This document shows positions 49,256 to 58,069 of a DNA stretch of 64,000 nucleotides, piece by piece. Origin of the DNA: Myxococcota bacterium (GTDB taxonomy: Bacteria > Myxococcota_A > UBA9160 > SMWR01); contig DATFWW010000025.1 in NCBI GenBank assembly GCA_035258825.1, positions 17,805-81,804 on the forward strand, given 5' to 3'. The position numbers were made by a program, and so were the translations under genes. How positions within the stretch are numbered: the first letter of the stretch is position 1; each line of letters opens with the position of its first letter. The notes beneath the pieces are model-generated. The model had not been told where the DNA came from. It worked only from the letters and a program-made list of their open reading frames with translations, and ran no database searches.

Positions 49256-50526
49256 GCACCAACTACGCCGCGAATCCCCGCGATCTTCCGCGCGGGCTCG
49301 TGTTCGCGTGCGTCATGCTGATCGGAATTGGCGTGATCGCGTTCGCCGCGGGGCTCATGCGCGACGAGGCCACCGCGTGGCGCGCGTTCCACGTGAACTT
49401 CCTCTACTACGGCAACATGTCGCTCGGCGCGCTGTGCCTCGCCTGCGCGCTCGTGATCATCGACGCGCGCTGGTCCGGGCCGGTCCGCCACGTCGCCGAG
49501 GCGCTCGGCTCGTGGGTGCCGATCTCGTTCGTGCTGTTCCTGGTCGGCAACCTGCTCGGCCGCGAGTCCATCCACACCAACTGGCTGCACGGCGCGCCGC
49601 ACGGCAAGGAGAGCTGGCTCACCTTCGGCCGCGTGTACACGAGCGACGCGATCGTGCTCGCCGTGGGAGCCGCGCTCACGCTCGTCTACCTGCGCACCTC
49701 GTTCCGCCCCGCGCTCGCGGGCGCCGCCGAGCGCGCGACGCTCGCGAAGGGCATGTTCGCGAGCTGGACCGCGAACTGGCGCGGTGACGACGAGGAGTGG
49801 CGCGCCTCGCGCGCGCGGCTGCGCGTGCTCGCCCCGATCATCTGTCTCGTCTACGCGTTCGGGAACACGCTCGTCGCGTTCGATCAGGTGATGGCGCTCA
49901 ACCCGACCTTCTTCTCGACGATCTTCGGCTGGTACTTCCTCTGGGGCGGCTTCCTGTCGGGCGTGTCGGCGACCGCGCTCGCGTGCGTTCTGCTGCGCGC
50001 AACGACGCCGGGCTGGGATGTCGAGGTGACGTCGAACCGGATGCACGACCTCGGCAAGATGATCTTCGCGTTCTCGATCTTCTGGATGTACCTGTTCTTC
50101 GCCCAGTACATCGTGATCTGGTACGGCAACCTCCCCGAGGAGACGCAGTTCTTCCAGGCGCGGCTAGGCCCGCAATTCCTCCAGGACAGCTGGAAGCTGA
50201 TCGACTGGAAGCTGCTCGACCTGCCCTACGTGAAGCTCTGCCTCGTGGCGTGGGTCGGCTGCTGGGTGACGCCGTTCTGGGTGCTGCTCGGCGAGCGCCC
50301 GAAGCGGACACCCGTGATCCTCGGGAGTGTCGCACTGACCTCCCTGCTCGGCTTCTGGCTCGAGCGCAACGCGCTGGTGTGGCCGGCGCTCGTGCCCGAG
50401 AACGGGGAAGCCTGGGCGGGCGCGACCCAGTTCGGCATCGCCCTGGGCTTCCTCGGCGCATACGTGCTGAACTTCTTGCTCTTCACGCGCGTGTTCCCGA
50501 CGCTGCCGCTGCCGAAGCGGTCATGA
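49252..50526 (+). CDS. actF: Alternative complex III subunit ActF (second NrfD-like membrane subunit)
   Basis: It is a polytopic membrane protein with 'FSIFWMYLFFAQYIVIWYGNLPEE'. The GTGA overlaps actE. Confidence 0.8.
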   Translation: MSTNYAANPRDLPRGLVFACVMLIGIGVIAFAAGLMRDEATAWRAFHVNFLYYGNMSLGALCLACALVIIDARWSGPVRHVAEALGSWVPISFVLFLVGNLLGRESIHTNWLHGAPHGKESWLTFGRVYTSDAIVLAVGAALTLVYLRTSFRPALAGAAERATLAKGMFASWTANWRGDDEEWRASRARLRVLAPIICLVYAFGNTLVAFDQVMALNPTFFSTIFGWYFLWGGFLSGVSATALACVLLRATTPGWDVEVTSNRMHDLGKMIFAFSIFWMYLFFAQYIVIWYGNLPEETQFFQARLGPQFLQDSWKLIDWKLLDLPYVKLCLVAWVGCWVTPFWVLLGERPKRTPVILGSVALTSLLGFWLERNALVWPALVPENGEAWAGATQFGIALGFLGAYVLNFLLFTRVFPTLPLPKRS

Positions 50527-50618
50527 CGAGTCCTCCACCGCACCCGGAAGCCAGAGCGCAAGCGCGAAGCGCCCCGCCCAGATTGCGAGCGCGAACGCCC
50601 GGCTGGTAGGCTCGTCGG

Positions 50619-52019
50619 GTGGAGAGCGTCACCTCCTCCTCCTCGAGCGCGCCGGCTACCTTCTCGCTGCGCGGGAAACCCCGGTCGATCGAGCTCGAGG
50701 CCGAGGGCATCCACCACCCGACCGGCGCGCGCTTCGGCGGGCCCCTCTACACCGCGTATCGCGACATCACCCACCTCGCCAGCTCGTCGCGCGCGATCTG
50801 GATCGGCACGCGGCGCTCCGTGTACGTGATTCCGCGGCGCGCATTCGTCGACCCGCACGGCCCCGAGCACCTGGTGCGCGCGCTGCTCGAGCATATCGCG
50901 CGCCAGCCCGGCGGCTCCGCGCAGCTGGCGCACATGGCCGAGATCGAGGAGACCGCGCGCGAAGTCCGGTCGCTGCGCGCCACCTGGGCGCTCGTGATCG
51001 CCTGCGCGGCGATCTACGCCGCGCAGCTGCTCGGCGGCGGCAACGTCTACACGGTCGGCTATTTCGCCGGCGGACTCGCCGCAGACGGCGATTGGTGGCG
51101 GATCGTCACGGGCAATCTGCTGCACGTGAACGCCGTCCACCTGATCCTCAATCTGCTCGGGTTGCTCGCCGTCGGATCGATCGTCGAGCGCGCGCTCGGC
51201 ACCGCCGCCACCGCGTGTGTGATGGCGGCCTCGGGACTCGGGGCCATGGCCGCCGCGTGGTGGAGCCCGCTTCCAGTCGTCGGCGTCTCGGGGATCGTGT
51301 TCGGCCTGCTCGCCGCCGCGCTGTGGATCGAGCTCTGCTTCGGCGGCGAGCTGCCCGCGTGGTGGCGCGTGCCGCGCCGCGCGCTGTTCGGCGCGACCGC
51401 GCTCTCCACGCTGATCTCGTTCCTGCCGTTCGTCGCCGGCGGTGCGCACGCGGGCGGATTCGCCGCAGGCGGGCTCGCTGCCGCCGCACTCGCGCCGCGC
51501 GGGCTTCGCCTCGACCCGAGCGGGATCGGATTGCGCACGGCGGCCGGCGTCAGCGCGGCGGTCGCGGCATTCGCGATCGCCGCGGCCGGATACGAGCTCC
51601 TGCGCGACGGAGAGTTCGCGGCGCGTTTCGCGGCCCGGCTCGCGCGTCTACCCGACGTCTCCGCGAACGAACTCAACAACCATGCCTGGACGATCGCCGT
51701 GGACGAGAGGTCGTCCCCGGCGCTGCTCGAAGCCGCGCTCGAGCTCGCCGAACGCGCCGCGGACGAGACACAGCACTCCGAGCCGTACATCCTCGACACG
51801 CTCGCCGAGGTGCACTTCCAGCTCGGACACCGCGTCGAGGCGGTCGCCGCGATCGACGAGGCGATCCAGCGCGCGCCGGGTGAGGACTACTACCGCGAGC
51901 AGCGGCGGCGCTTCCTCGGCGAGCGCGATCCGGAGGATCGCCCCGATTACGTGCCGCCCGAACAGCGGGAGTCGGAGCCGGAGCACGAGGCTCCGGACGA
52001 GGGCGGCCTCAGCGTCTAG
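50619..52019 (+). CDS. Rhomboid-family intramembrane serine protease with N-terminal cytoplasmic domain and C-terminal helical-repeat extension
   Basis: It contains 'WWRIVTGNLLHVNAVHLILNLL' (HxxxN), 'GVSGIVFGLL' (GxSG catalytic Ser) and 'GGAHAGGFAAG' (catalytic His). Confidence 0.85.
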   Translation: MESVTSSSSSAPATFSLRGKPRSIELEAEGIHHPTGARFGGPLYTAYRDITHLASSSRAIWIGTRRSVYVIPRRAFVDPHGPEHLVRALLEHIARQPGGSAQLAHMAEIEETAREVRSLRATWALVIACAAIYAAQLLGGGNVYTVGYFAGGLAADGDWWRIVTGNLLHVNAVHLILNLLGLLAVGSIVERALGTAATACVMAASGLGAMAAAWWSPLPVVGVSGIVFGLLAAALWIELCFGGELPAWWRVPRRALFGATALSTLISFLPFVAGGAHAGGFAAGGLAAAALAPRGLRLDPSGIGLRTAAGVSAAVAAFAIAAAGYELLRDGEFAARFAARLARLPDVSANELNNHAWTIAVDERSSPALLEAALELAERAADETQHSEPYILDTLAEVHFQLGHRVEAVAAIDEAIQRAPGEDYYREQRRRFLGERDPEDRPDYVPPEQRESEPEHEAPDEGGLSV

Positions 52020-52040
52020 GCCGACTGTGGCGATCTGGGT

Positions 52041-53006
52041 TCACGGCGTGAACTCGTCGCCGTCGTGCGCGACCGCCACCTTGCCGTCGAACTCTTCGTC
52101 GACGCGGCTCGTGATCTGGAGGTCGAGCACGGGGGGCTGGCGCATCCGGATCAGCGCGAGTGCGCCGACTCCGGCACGGCGCGCGATCGCGCCGGCCTGC
52201 GCGAAGTCGGTGTAGATCGCGGCTTCGCGCGCGAGGCGGTCCGGATCGACCGCGAGGCTCGTCGCCTCCGCCTCCTCGCGCGTCGGCACGTGATTGGCGT
52301 CGTGGAGCAGCAGGTTCGCGCCGCGCGCGAGCGCCTCGAGCGCGGCAGCGTCCCAGCCCGTCCCGCCGACCACCGCGCTGCGGCCGTTCGCCTCGATCCG
52401 CCACGCGAGCGCGGGCAGCGGGCCTCCACTGAGCGCGCCCGCTCGCAGGGCGAGGCCGCCGAGCGCCTCCTGCGCGCCGTCGCCGACCTCGCGCGCGTCG
52501 ATCGCAGGCGGCGTGGGGTCGTCGCCGAGCGCGCGCGATCGCGCGACGACGCCCGCGGAGATCTCCGCGACCACGTGCTGCGCGAGCGCCGCGGTGCCGG
52601 GCGGTCCCACCACGCGCACGGGTGCGCGGCGCCCCGCGAGCCAGGCCGCGGCCAGCAGGTCGTCGAGGCCGACGGTGTTCTCGGGCAGGAGACTCGTGAG
52701 CAGCACTGCGTCCGGCTGGCTCGGCGGGATCTTCGCCGCGCGCAGCGCCTCGGCCACGCCGCGCCCCGCGTCGACGAGCGCGACCTCGGATCCGACCGCG
52801 GCCGCGATCGAAGTGCCGCGCCGGTTGTGGTCCTCGGCCGCGCCCGCGGTGCCGAGCACCACGACCGTGAAGCGCTCGAACGAGCGCGGCGCCAGCGGCA
52901 GGAAGCCGGCCGTGACGCGGTCGAACTTCCACGCCGCGCACGTGAGCGCCCAGCTCATCGCGCCCACCGCCAGCGCGATCAACAGCCCGACGGCGCGGAT
53001 GTTCAC
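52041..53006 (-). CDS. Membrane-anchored MBL-fold (RNase Z-like) protein with degenerate metal-binding motif
   Basis: It has the N-terminal anchor 'VGLLIALAVGAMSWALTCAAW' and the MBL-like 'VVVLGTAGAAEDHNRRGTSIAA...ALVDAGRG'. The HxHxDH position reads 'LLTSLLPENTVGL'. The GTGA overlaps the purU stop. Confidence 0.6.
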   Translation of the reverse strand: MNIRAVGLLIALAVGAMSWALTCAAWKFDRVTAGFLPLAPRSFERFTVVVLGTAGAAEDHNRRGTSIAAAVGSEVALVDAGRGVAEALRAAKIPPSQPDAVLLTSLLPENTVGLDDLLAAAWLAGRRAPVRVVGPPGTAALAQHVVAEISAGVVARSRALGDDPTPPAIDAREVGDGAQEALGGLALRAGALSGGPLPALAWRIEANGRSAVVGGTGWDAAALEALARGANLLLHDANHVPTREEAEATSLAVDPDRLAREAAIYTDFAQAGAIARRAGVGALALIRMRQPPVLDLQITSRVDEEFDGKVAVAHDGDEFTP

Positions 53007-53872
53007 GAGAAGACGACCGTCTTGTTCCCGTACACGAGCACGCGGTCTTCGAGGTGCCAGCGCACGGCGCGCGAGAGCACGTTGCGCTCCACGTCGGCGC
53101 CCTTGCGCACGAGCTCGGCCGCCGTGTCGCGGTGCGAGGCGCGGATCACGTCCTGCTCGATGATCGGGCCCTCGTCGAGGTCCTTGGTGGCATAGTGGGC
53201 CGTGGCGCCGATCAGCTTGACGCCGCGTTCGTGCGCCTGTTGATAGGGGCGCCCGCCGCTGAACGCGGGCAGGAACGAGTGGTGGATGTTGATGATGCGA
53301 TGCGCGAATCGCTCGACGAACTCCGGCGAGAGGATCTGCATGTAGCGCGCGAGCACGACGAGATCGATCGCGTTCTCCTCGAGCAGCGCGATCTGCGCCG
53401 ACTCCTGGGCGGGCTTCGTGTCGGGCCGGACCGGGAATACGCGATAGGGCACGCCGAACTGCGCGGCGACGGGCGCCAGCTGCTCGTGGTTGGACACGAT
53501 CAGCGGGATGTCGCAGGCGAGCTCGCCCGAGCGGTGCCGCAGGAGCAGGTCGTAGAGGCAGTGATCCGTGCGCGAGACGAAGATCGCGACGCGCTTGCGC
53601 CGCGCGGAGTCGCACAGGCGCCAGGTCATTCGCAGCCTCGCGCCGACCTCCGCGATCGCGTTCTCGAGGGTCGTTTGGTCGGTGCGCAGCTCCGAGGCGT
53701 CGAAGTGGATGCGCTGGAAGAAGATCCCCGCGACGGCGTCGGTGTGCTGGTCGGCGTCGAGGATGTTCGCGCCGTGTCCGTAGAGCAGCTGGGCGAGCGC
53801 CGCGACGATGCCGCGCTGGTCGGGGCAGGACACGAGCAGCGTGGCAGTCGAGGACCTCGCGGGGGCCGACAT
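53003..53872 (-). CDS. purU: Formyltetrahydrofolate deformylase
   Basis: It has the N-terminal ACT domain 'LLVSCPDQRGIVAALAQLLYGHGANI'. The formyltransferase core has 'RVAIFVSRTDHCLYDLL', 'IINIHHSFLPAFSGGRPYQQA' and 'GATAHYATKDLDEGPII'. Confidence 0.95.
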   Translation of the reverse strand: MSAPARSSTATLLVSCPDQRGIVAALAQLLYGHGANILDADQHTDAVAGIFFQRIHFDASELRTDQTTLENAIAEVGARLRMTWRLCDSARRKRVAIFVSRTDHCLYDLLLRHRSGELACDIPLIVSNHEQLAPVAAQFGVPYRVFPVRPDTKPAQESAQIALLEENAIDLVVLARYMQILSPEFVERFAHRIINIHHSFLPAFSGGRPYQQAHERGVKLIGATAHYATKDLDEGPIIEQDVIRASHRDTAAELVRKGADVERNVLSRAVRWHLEDRVLVYGNKTVVFS

Positions 53873-53901
53873 GGCCGGTAGGGTCCGCGATCTCCCCAGG
53901 C

Positions 53902-53975
53902 AAAAAAAGGCCCCGAGAGCAGGCGCCGGGTGACCGGCTGCCTTCGGAGCGGCTACGGCATCCGCGCTCTCGGGG
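53902..53975 (-). terminator. Intrinsic-terminator-like hairpin plus U7 tract 30 nt upstream of the purU start
   Basis: On the minus strand, CCCCGAGAGC (53975-53966) pairs with GCUCUCGGGG (53920-53911). The helix encloses two small hairpins and is followed by CC and UUUUUUU (53908-53902). Confidence 0.6.
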
Positions 53976-54227
53976 CGGTGGCGCTGGGAACCTGCGTCCC
54001 CTTTGCCGAGACTGAATTCGGCTCGTGGCGCTAGGACGCCGCCACCTCACTCGCCGTAGTACTGCTTTGGTTCACCGAATCACCTCCGTCTCGGCGTGGG
54101 GTACATCCAGCGGGGCCCAGACCCCGCCTCCTGACCGGTTCCCAAGGTGGTCGCCGTTACCGCCCCTTCCGGCCGCCCCCCGCGGCCGACTTCGGCCGAG
54201 TGGGACTCGGGGACGAGTGAGGTCCCC
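53902..54227 (-). ncRNA. Candidate structured RNA: either a cis-regulatory leader of purU (riboswitch/attenuator-like) or a stand-alone rod-shaped sRNA. The class is not identified.
   Basis: This is a 415-nt gap with no credible ORF and locally reduced GC. Four nested long-range helices are visible by eye (coordinates in the corresponding finding). There is also a 12-bp complement between 54223-54212 and 54055-44. The closing helix shares CCCC (53975-53972) with the terminator stem. Confidence 0.4.
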
Positions 54228-54287
54228 TGCTGCGCAGCCTATCGGACGCGCGGAGCGATCACCACAGTCGCCACCGGTGATTTGGCA

Positions 54288-56249
54288 TCAGGGGAGCGTG
54301 TAGGCGATCACCGCGTCCCCGATCGGGGATCCGACCGCCGCGTGGCCGCCCGGCGCGACGACGAGGAACTGCTTGTGGCCGGGTCCTAGCTTGTAGGTGA
54401 TCGGGCCCGCGTGCAGGCCGGCGGGCAGCTCGAACGCGGCGATCCGCGCGCCCGTCCGGATGTCGTGCACGCGCAGCACGGGCTCGCGCGTGCCGCCGTG
54501 GAACACGAGGCCGCTCGCGGTGACGAGCGCAGGCCCGTAGCCAGAGGTGCCCGGATCGCCCTCGCGCGCACTCGTCGACGCGGTCCACGCGATCTCGCCG
54601 CGCGCGAGGTCCACCGCCACGAGCCGGCCCCAGGGCGGGCGGTTGCACGGAACGCCGTCCTTCCGGAACACCACGCGGCCGTGGATCGGGTGGACCCGGT
54701 AGCGGTCGCCCGTGCCGTGCCCCGTGAGCACCCACCAGAGATTGCGCAGCGAGGTGCCGCTGATCGGCCGCACGTCCGCACCCCCGCCCGTGGTGCGCTC
54801 GCCGACCTGTTCGAGCGTCACGATGTGGACGAGATTCTGAACGGGCACCACGAGCAGCCCGCGCGCGGGGTCGAAGCTCGCGCCCGACCAGTTCGCGCCG
54901 CCGCCCGTGAACGGGTAGACCACCGAGCCGCGCAGGCTCGGCGGCGTGAACAGCCCATCGTTGCGCAGCGTGGCCAGGCGCTGGCGGCACGCCGCGAGGT
55001 GATCGGGCGAGAGCGCGTAGAGATCGACGTCGTCGAGGCGCTGCGGCACCAGCGGCGGCGGTGCGGTCGGCACGGGCTGAGTCGGCCAGGCGTGTTCGCC
55101 GGGCACGTCGCTCGCGGGCACGGGCCGCTCCTCGACCGGGAACAGCGGCTTGCCGGTCGCGCGGTCGAGCACGAACACGAAGCCGTGTTTGGTCGCCTGC
55201 ACGACCGCCTCGACGCGCCTTCCCTCGCGCTCGACGGTCGCGAGCACGGGTGGCGCGGCGAGGTCGTAGTCCCAGAGATCGTGGTGGACGGTCTGGAAGT
55301 GCCAGATCGGGCGCCCGGTCGCCGCGTCGAGCGCGACGAGGGAATCGCTGTACAGATCTTCGCCCCGGCGGTCGCCGCCGTAGAAGTCGGGGCTCGGCGT
55401 CGAGACGGGCAGGAAGATCCAGCCGCGCGAGAGATCGGCGGTGATCGTCGACCACACGTTCGCGGCACCCGTGAGCGCGGTGCCGGTCTCCCAGGTCTCG
55501 AAGCCGGGCTCGCCCTCGTGCGGGATCGTGTGGAAGGTCCAGCGCAGCGCGCCCGTGCGCACGTCGAACCCGCGCACGTCGCCGGGCGGCGCGTCGGCGC
55601 GCAGCGTGTCGGCGATCGACGAGCCCACGGTGATCACGTCGCCTACCACCGTGCCGGGCGACGTGACGTTGTACTCGCGCGGGTCGTAGAGCGGCGCGAT
55701 CCCATCGAGCAGGTTCACGGTGCCCTGCGTGCCGAAATCGGCGCACGGCCGCCCGGTGGCCGCGTCGAGCGCGAACAGGCGCGCGTCGAGCGTGGCGAGG
55801 AACACACGAGCGGCACACGCGCCGTTCGCGTGCGGATCGCGCCAGTAGGCGACGCCGCGGCTGATCCACATGTTGGCGTAGATGCCGCCGCCCTCGAGGT
55901 TCGGATCGAACTTCCAGAGCTCGCGGCCGGTCTCGGGATCGAGCGCGATCACGCGGTTGCGCGGCGTCGTGAAGATCAGGCGGCCGTCGACGACGATCGG
56001 CGTCGACTCGAACGCGCTGCTGCGGTTGACGGCGGGCGGGAGCCACGAACGCCACGCATCGCCGTGGTGGTAGGTCCAGGCGACGCGCAGCGACGCCACG
56101 TTCTCCCAGGTGATGTCCGTGAGCGGCGAGTAGCGGCCGCCGCCGGGCCCCCCCTCGGTGTACGGCCAATCTGCGCTCTGCGGCGGATCTGCGCTCGCCG
56201 CGGCCGCGGCGACCGCGAGTCCTGCGAGCAACCAGCCCACGCCGCGCAT
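54288..56249 (-). CDS. Periplasmic PQQ-dependent (quinoprotein) dehydrogenase, glucose/quinate dehydrogenase-like beta-propeller
   Basis: It has the signal peptide 'WLLAGLAVAAAAASA'. It also contains 'STPIVVDGRLIFTTPRNRVIALDPETGRELW', 'LFALDAATGRP', 'ANVWSTITADLSRGWIFLPVSTPSPDFYGG', 'SLVALDAATGRPIWHFQTVHHDLWDYD' and 'GFVFVLDRATGKPLFP'. Confidence 0.9.
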   Translation of the reverse strand: MRGVGWLLAGLAVAAAAASADPPQSADWPYTEGGPGGGRYSPLTDITWENVASLRVAWTYHHGDAWRSWLPPAVNRSSAFESTPIVVDGRLIFTTPRNRVIALDPETGRELWKFDPNLEGGGIYANMWISRGVAYWRDPHANGACAARVFLATLDARLFALDAATGRPCADFGTQGTVNLLDGIAPLYDPREYNVTSPGTVVGDVITVGSSIADTLRADAPPGDVRGFDVRTGALRWTFHTIPHEGEPGFETWETGTALTGAANVWSTITADLSRGWIFLPVSTPSPDFYGGDRRGEDLYSDSLVALDAATGRPIWHFQTVHHDLWDYDLAAPPVLATVEREGRRVEAVVQATKHGFVFVLDRATGKPLFPVEERPVPASDVPGEHAWPTQPVPTAPPPLVPQRLDDVDLYALSPDHLAACRQRLATLRNDGLFTPPSLRGSVVYPFTGGGANWSGASFDPARGLLVVPVQNLVHIVTLEQVGERTTGGGADVRPISGTSLRNLWWVLTGHGTGDRYRVHPIHGRVVFRKDGVPCNRPPWGRLVAVDLARGEIAWTASTSAREGDPGTSGYGPALVTASGLVFHGGTREPVLRVHDIRTGARIAAFELPAGLHAGPITYKLGPGHKQFLVVAPGGHAAVGSPIGDAVIAYTLP

Positions 56250-56263
56250 CGCGAAAGAGTAGA

Positions 56264-57943
56264 ATGGCGCCCCGCATGCCCGCCTCCCACCCTGGTGATT
56301 TCCGTTCGCCTCCGGCTCGCTCTGCGCTGGACGGCACGTTCGCCTGCCGCGACGAGCTGACGCCGCTCGTCTTCCTCGAGCGCACCGTCCGCGTGTTCCC
56401 GGGCAAGACCGCGCTGGTCTACGGCGGCGTGCGCCGCACGTGGGCCGAGTTCGGCGAAGACGTCGGCCGCTTCGCGGGCGCGCTCGTGCGCGCCGGAGCT
56501 TCGCCGGGCGACCGCGTCGCGGTGCTCGCGCCGAACGTGCCGGCGCTGCTCGCGGCTCACTTCGCCGTGCTGCTCGTGCGCGGCGCGCTCGTGGCGATCA
56601 ACACGCGGCTCAACGAATCCGAGATCGGCTACATCCTCGACCACTCGGGCGCGAAGGTGGTGCTCGCCGACCCCGAGCTCGCACCGCGCGTCGCGGCCGC
56701 GCCCAGCCAGCTGCGCGCGCGGCCGCGGCTCGTGAACCTCGAGGATCCGGTCGCGGGCATCACCGAGCGCGTGCTCGACGGGCCGTCGTTCGCCGAGTTC
56801 GTCGAGGGCGCACCCGTGCTGCCGATTGCGGGCGGCGTCGACGACGAGAACCGGATCACCTCGATCAACTACACCTCGGGCACCACGGGCCGCCCGAAGG
56901 GCGTGATGTACACGCACCGCGGCGCCGCGATCAACGCGCTCGGCGAGGTGATCGTGCACGGTCTCGAGCGCGACTCGGTCTACCTCTGGACGCTGCCGAT
57001 GTTCCACTGCAACGGCTGGTGCTTTCCGTGGGCGGTCACCGCTGCGGGCGGCACGCACGTGATGCTGCGCGCGATCGATCCGGGCCGCGTGATCCGGCTG
57101 ATCCAGGCCGAGCGCGTCACCCACTTCAACGGCGCGCCGACCGTGCTGCTCATGCTCGCCGAGGCGCCCGAGGCGAAGGGCGTGCGCTTCGACCCGCAGG
57201 TCCGCGTCGCGACGGGCGGGTCGCCGCCCTCGCCGACACTGCTCGCGCGCGTGGAGGAGATGGGGATCCGCGTGACCCACCTCTACGGCCTCACCGAGAC
57301 CTACGGCCCGCACGTCTACTGCGAGCTGCAGCCCGGCTGGGAGCGCCTCGACGTGGAGCAGCGCGCCGCGGTGATGGCGCGCCAGGGCGTGCCCTATCAC
57401 GTGGCCACGCACGTGCGCGTGGTGGACGGCGAGCTGCGCGACGTTCCCGCCGACGCGCAGACGATGGGCGAAGTGGTGATGCGCGGCAACAACGTGATGG
57501 CGGGTTATTTCGAGGACGCGGAGGCCACCGCGAAGGCGTTCGAGGGCGGCTGGTTCCACTCGGGCGATCTCGGCGTGATGCACCCCGACGGCTACATCGA
57601 GCTGCGCGACCGCAAGAAGGACATCATCATCAGCGGCGGCGAGAACATCTCCACGATCGAGGTGGAGCACACGGTCGTGAAGCACCCGGCCGTGCTCGAG
57701 TGCGCGGTGGTGGCGATGCCGCACGAGAAGTGGGGCGAGGCGCCGAAGGCGTTCGTCGCGCTGCGCCCGGGTCATCGCGTGACCGAGGAGGAGCTGATCG
57801 CGTTCTGCCGTGAGCGTCTCGCGCACTTCAAGTGCCCGAAGGCGATCGAGTTCGGCGATCTGCCCAAGACCTCGACCGGCAAGATCCAGAAGTTCCGGCT
57901 GCGCGAGAAGGAGTGGGCCGGCCGCGCGAGCCGGATCCATTGA
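56264..57943 (+). CDS. AMP-forming acyl-CoA synthetase (medium-chain/aromatic acid:CoA ligase-like)
   Basis: It has the AMP-binding motif 'INYTSGTTGRPKGV', then 'YGLTETYGP', 'WFHSGDLG', 'RKKDIIISGGENI' and 'LPKTSTGKIQKFRLRE'. An ATG at 56276 is an alternative start. Confidence 0.9.
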   Translation: MAPRMPASHPGDFRSPPARSALDGTFACRDELTPLVFLERTVRVFPGKTALVYGGVRRTWAEFGEDVGRFAGALVRAGASPGDRVAVLAPNVPALLAAHFAVLLVRGALVAINTRLNESEIGYILDHSGAKVVLADPELAPRVAAAPSQLRARPRLVNLEDPVAGITERVLDGPSFAEFVEGAPVLPIAGGVDDENRITSINYTSGTTGRPKGVMYTHRGAAINALGEVIVHGLERDSVYLWTLPMFHCNGWCFPWAVTAAGGTHVMLRAIDPGRVIRLIQAERVTHFNGAPTVLLMLAEAPEAKGVRFDPQVRVATGGSPPSPTLLARVEEMGIRVTHLYGLTETYGPHVYCELQPGWERLDVEQRAAVMARQGVPYHVATHVRVVDGELRDVPADAQTMGEVVMRGNNVMAGYFEDAEATAKAFEGGWFHSGDLGVMHPDGYIELRDRKKDIIISGGENISTIEVEHTVVKHPAVLECAVVAMPHEKWGEAPKAFVALRPGHRVTEEELIAFCRERLAHFKCPKAIEFGDLPKTSTGKIQKFRLREKEWAGRASRIH

Positions 57944-58069
57944 GTCGGCGTGGCGGGTCGCCGAGCACGTCTCTGTGATCGGCCTGCTATGCGGTTGCGG
58001 AGCCGCGGGTGGCGGCCCAGGGCTATTTCTTTGCGCACGACCTGGGCGTCGGCGGATCCGCAGGCGGAC

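Noticed and set aside
53880-54290. I tested the purU-upstream structured region by eye against tmRNA, RNase P RNA, SRP RNA, the cobalamin riboswitch, T-box, c-di-GMP-I, guanidine-I, glycine, ZTP and THF motifs.
   Set aside because: None of the diagnostic cores is present. The cores I looked for were:
- the tmRNA tRNA-like end with a UUCGA T-loop and ACCA
- GAGGAAAGUCC and ACAGAACCCGGCUUA of RNase P
- GGAAGCAGC of SRP helix 8
- the B12 box
- the AGGGUGGNACCGCG T-box
- the CUGGGC end of ZTP

Only partial resemblances were seen, so the class is left unassigned rather than forced.
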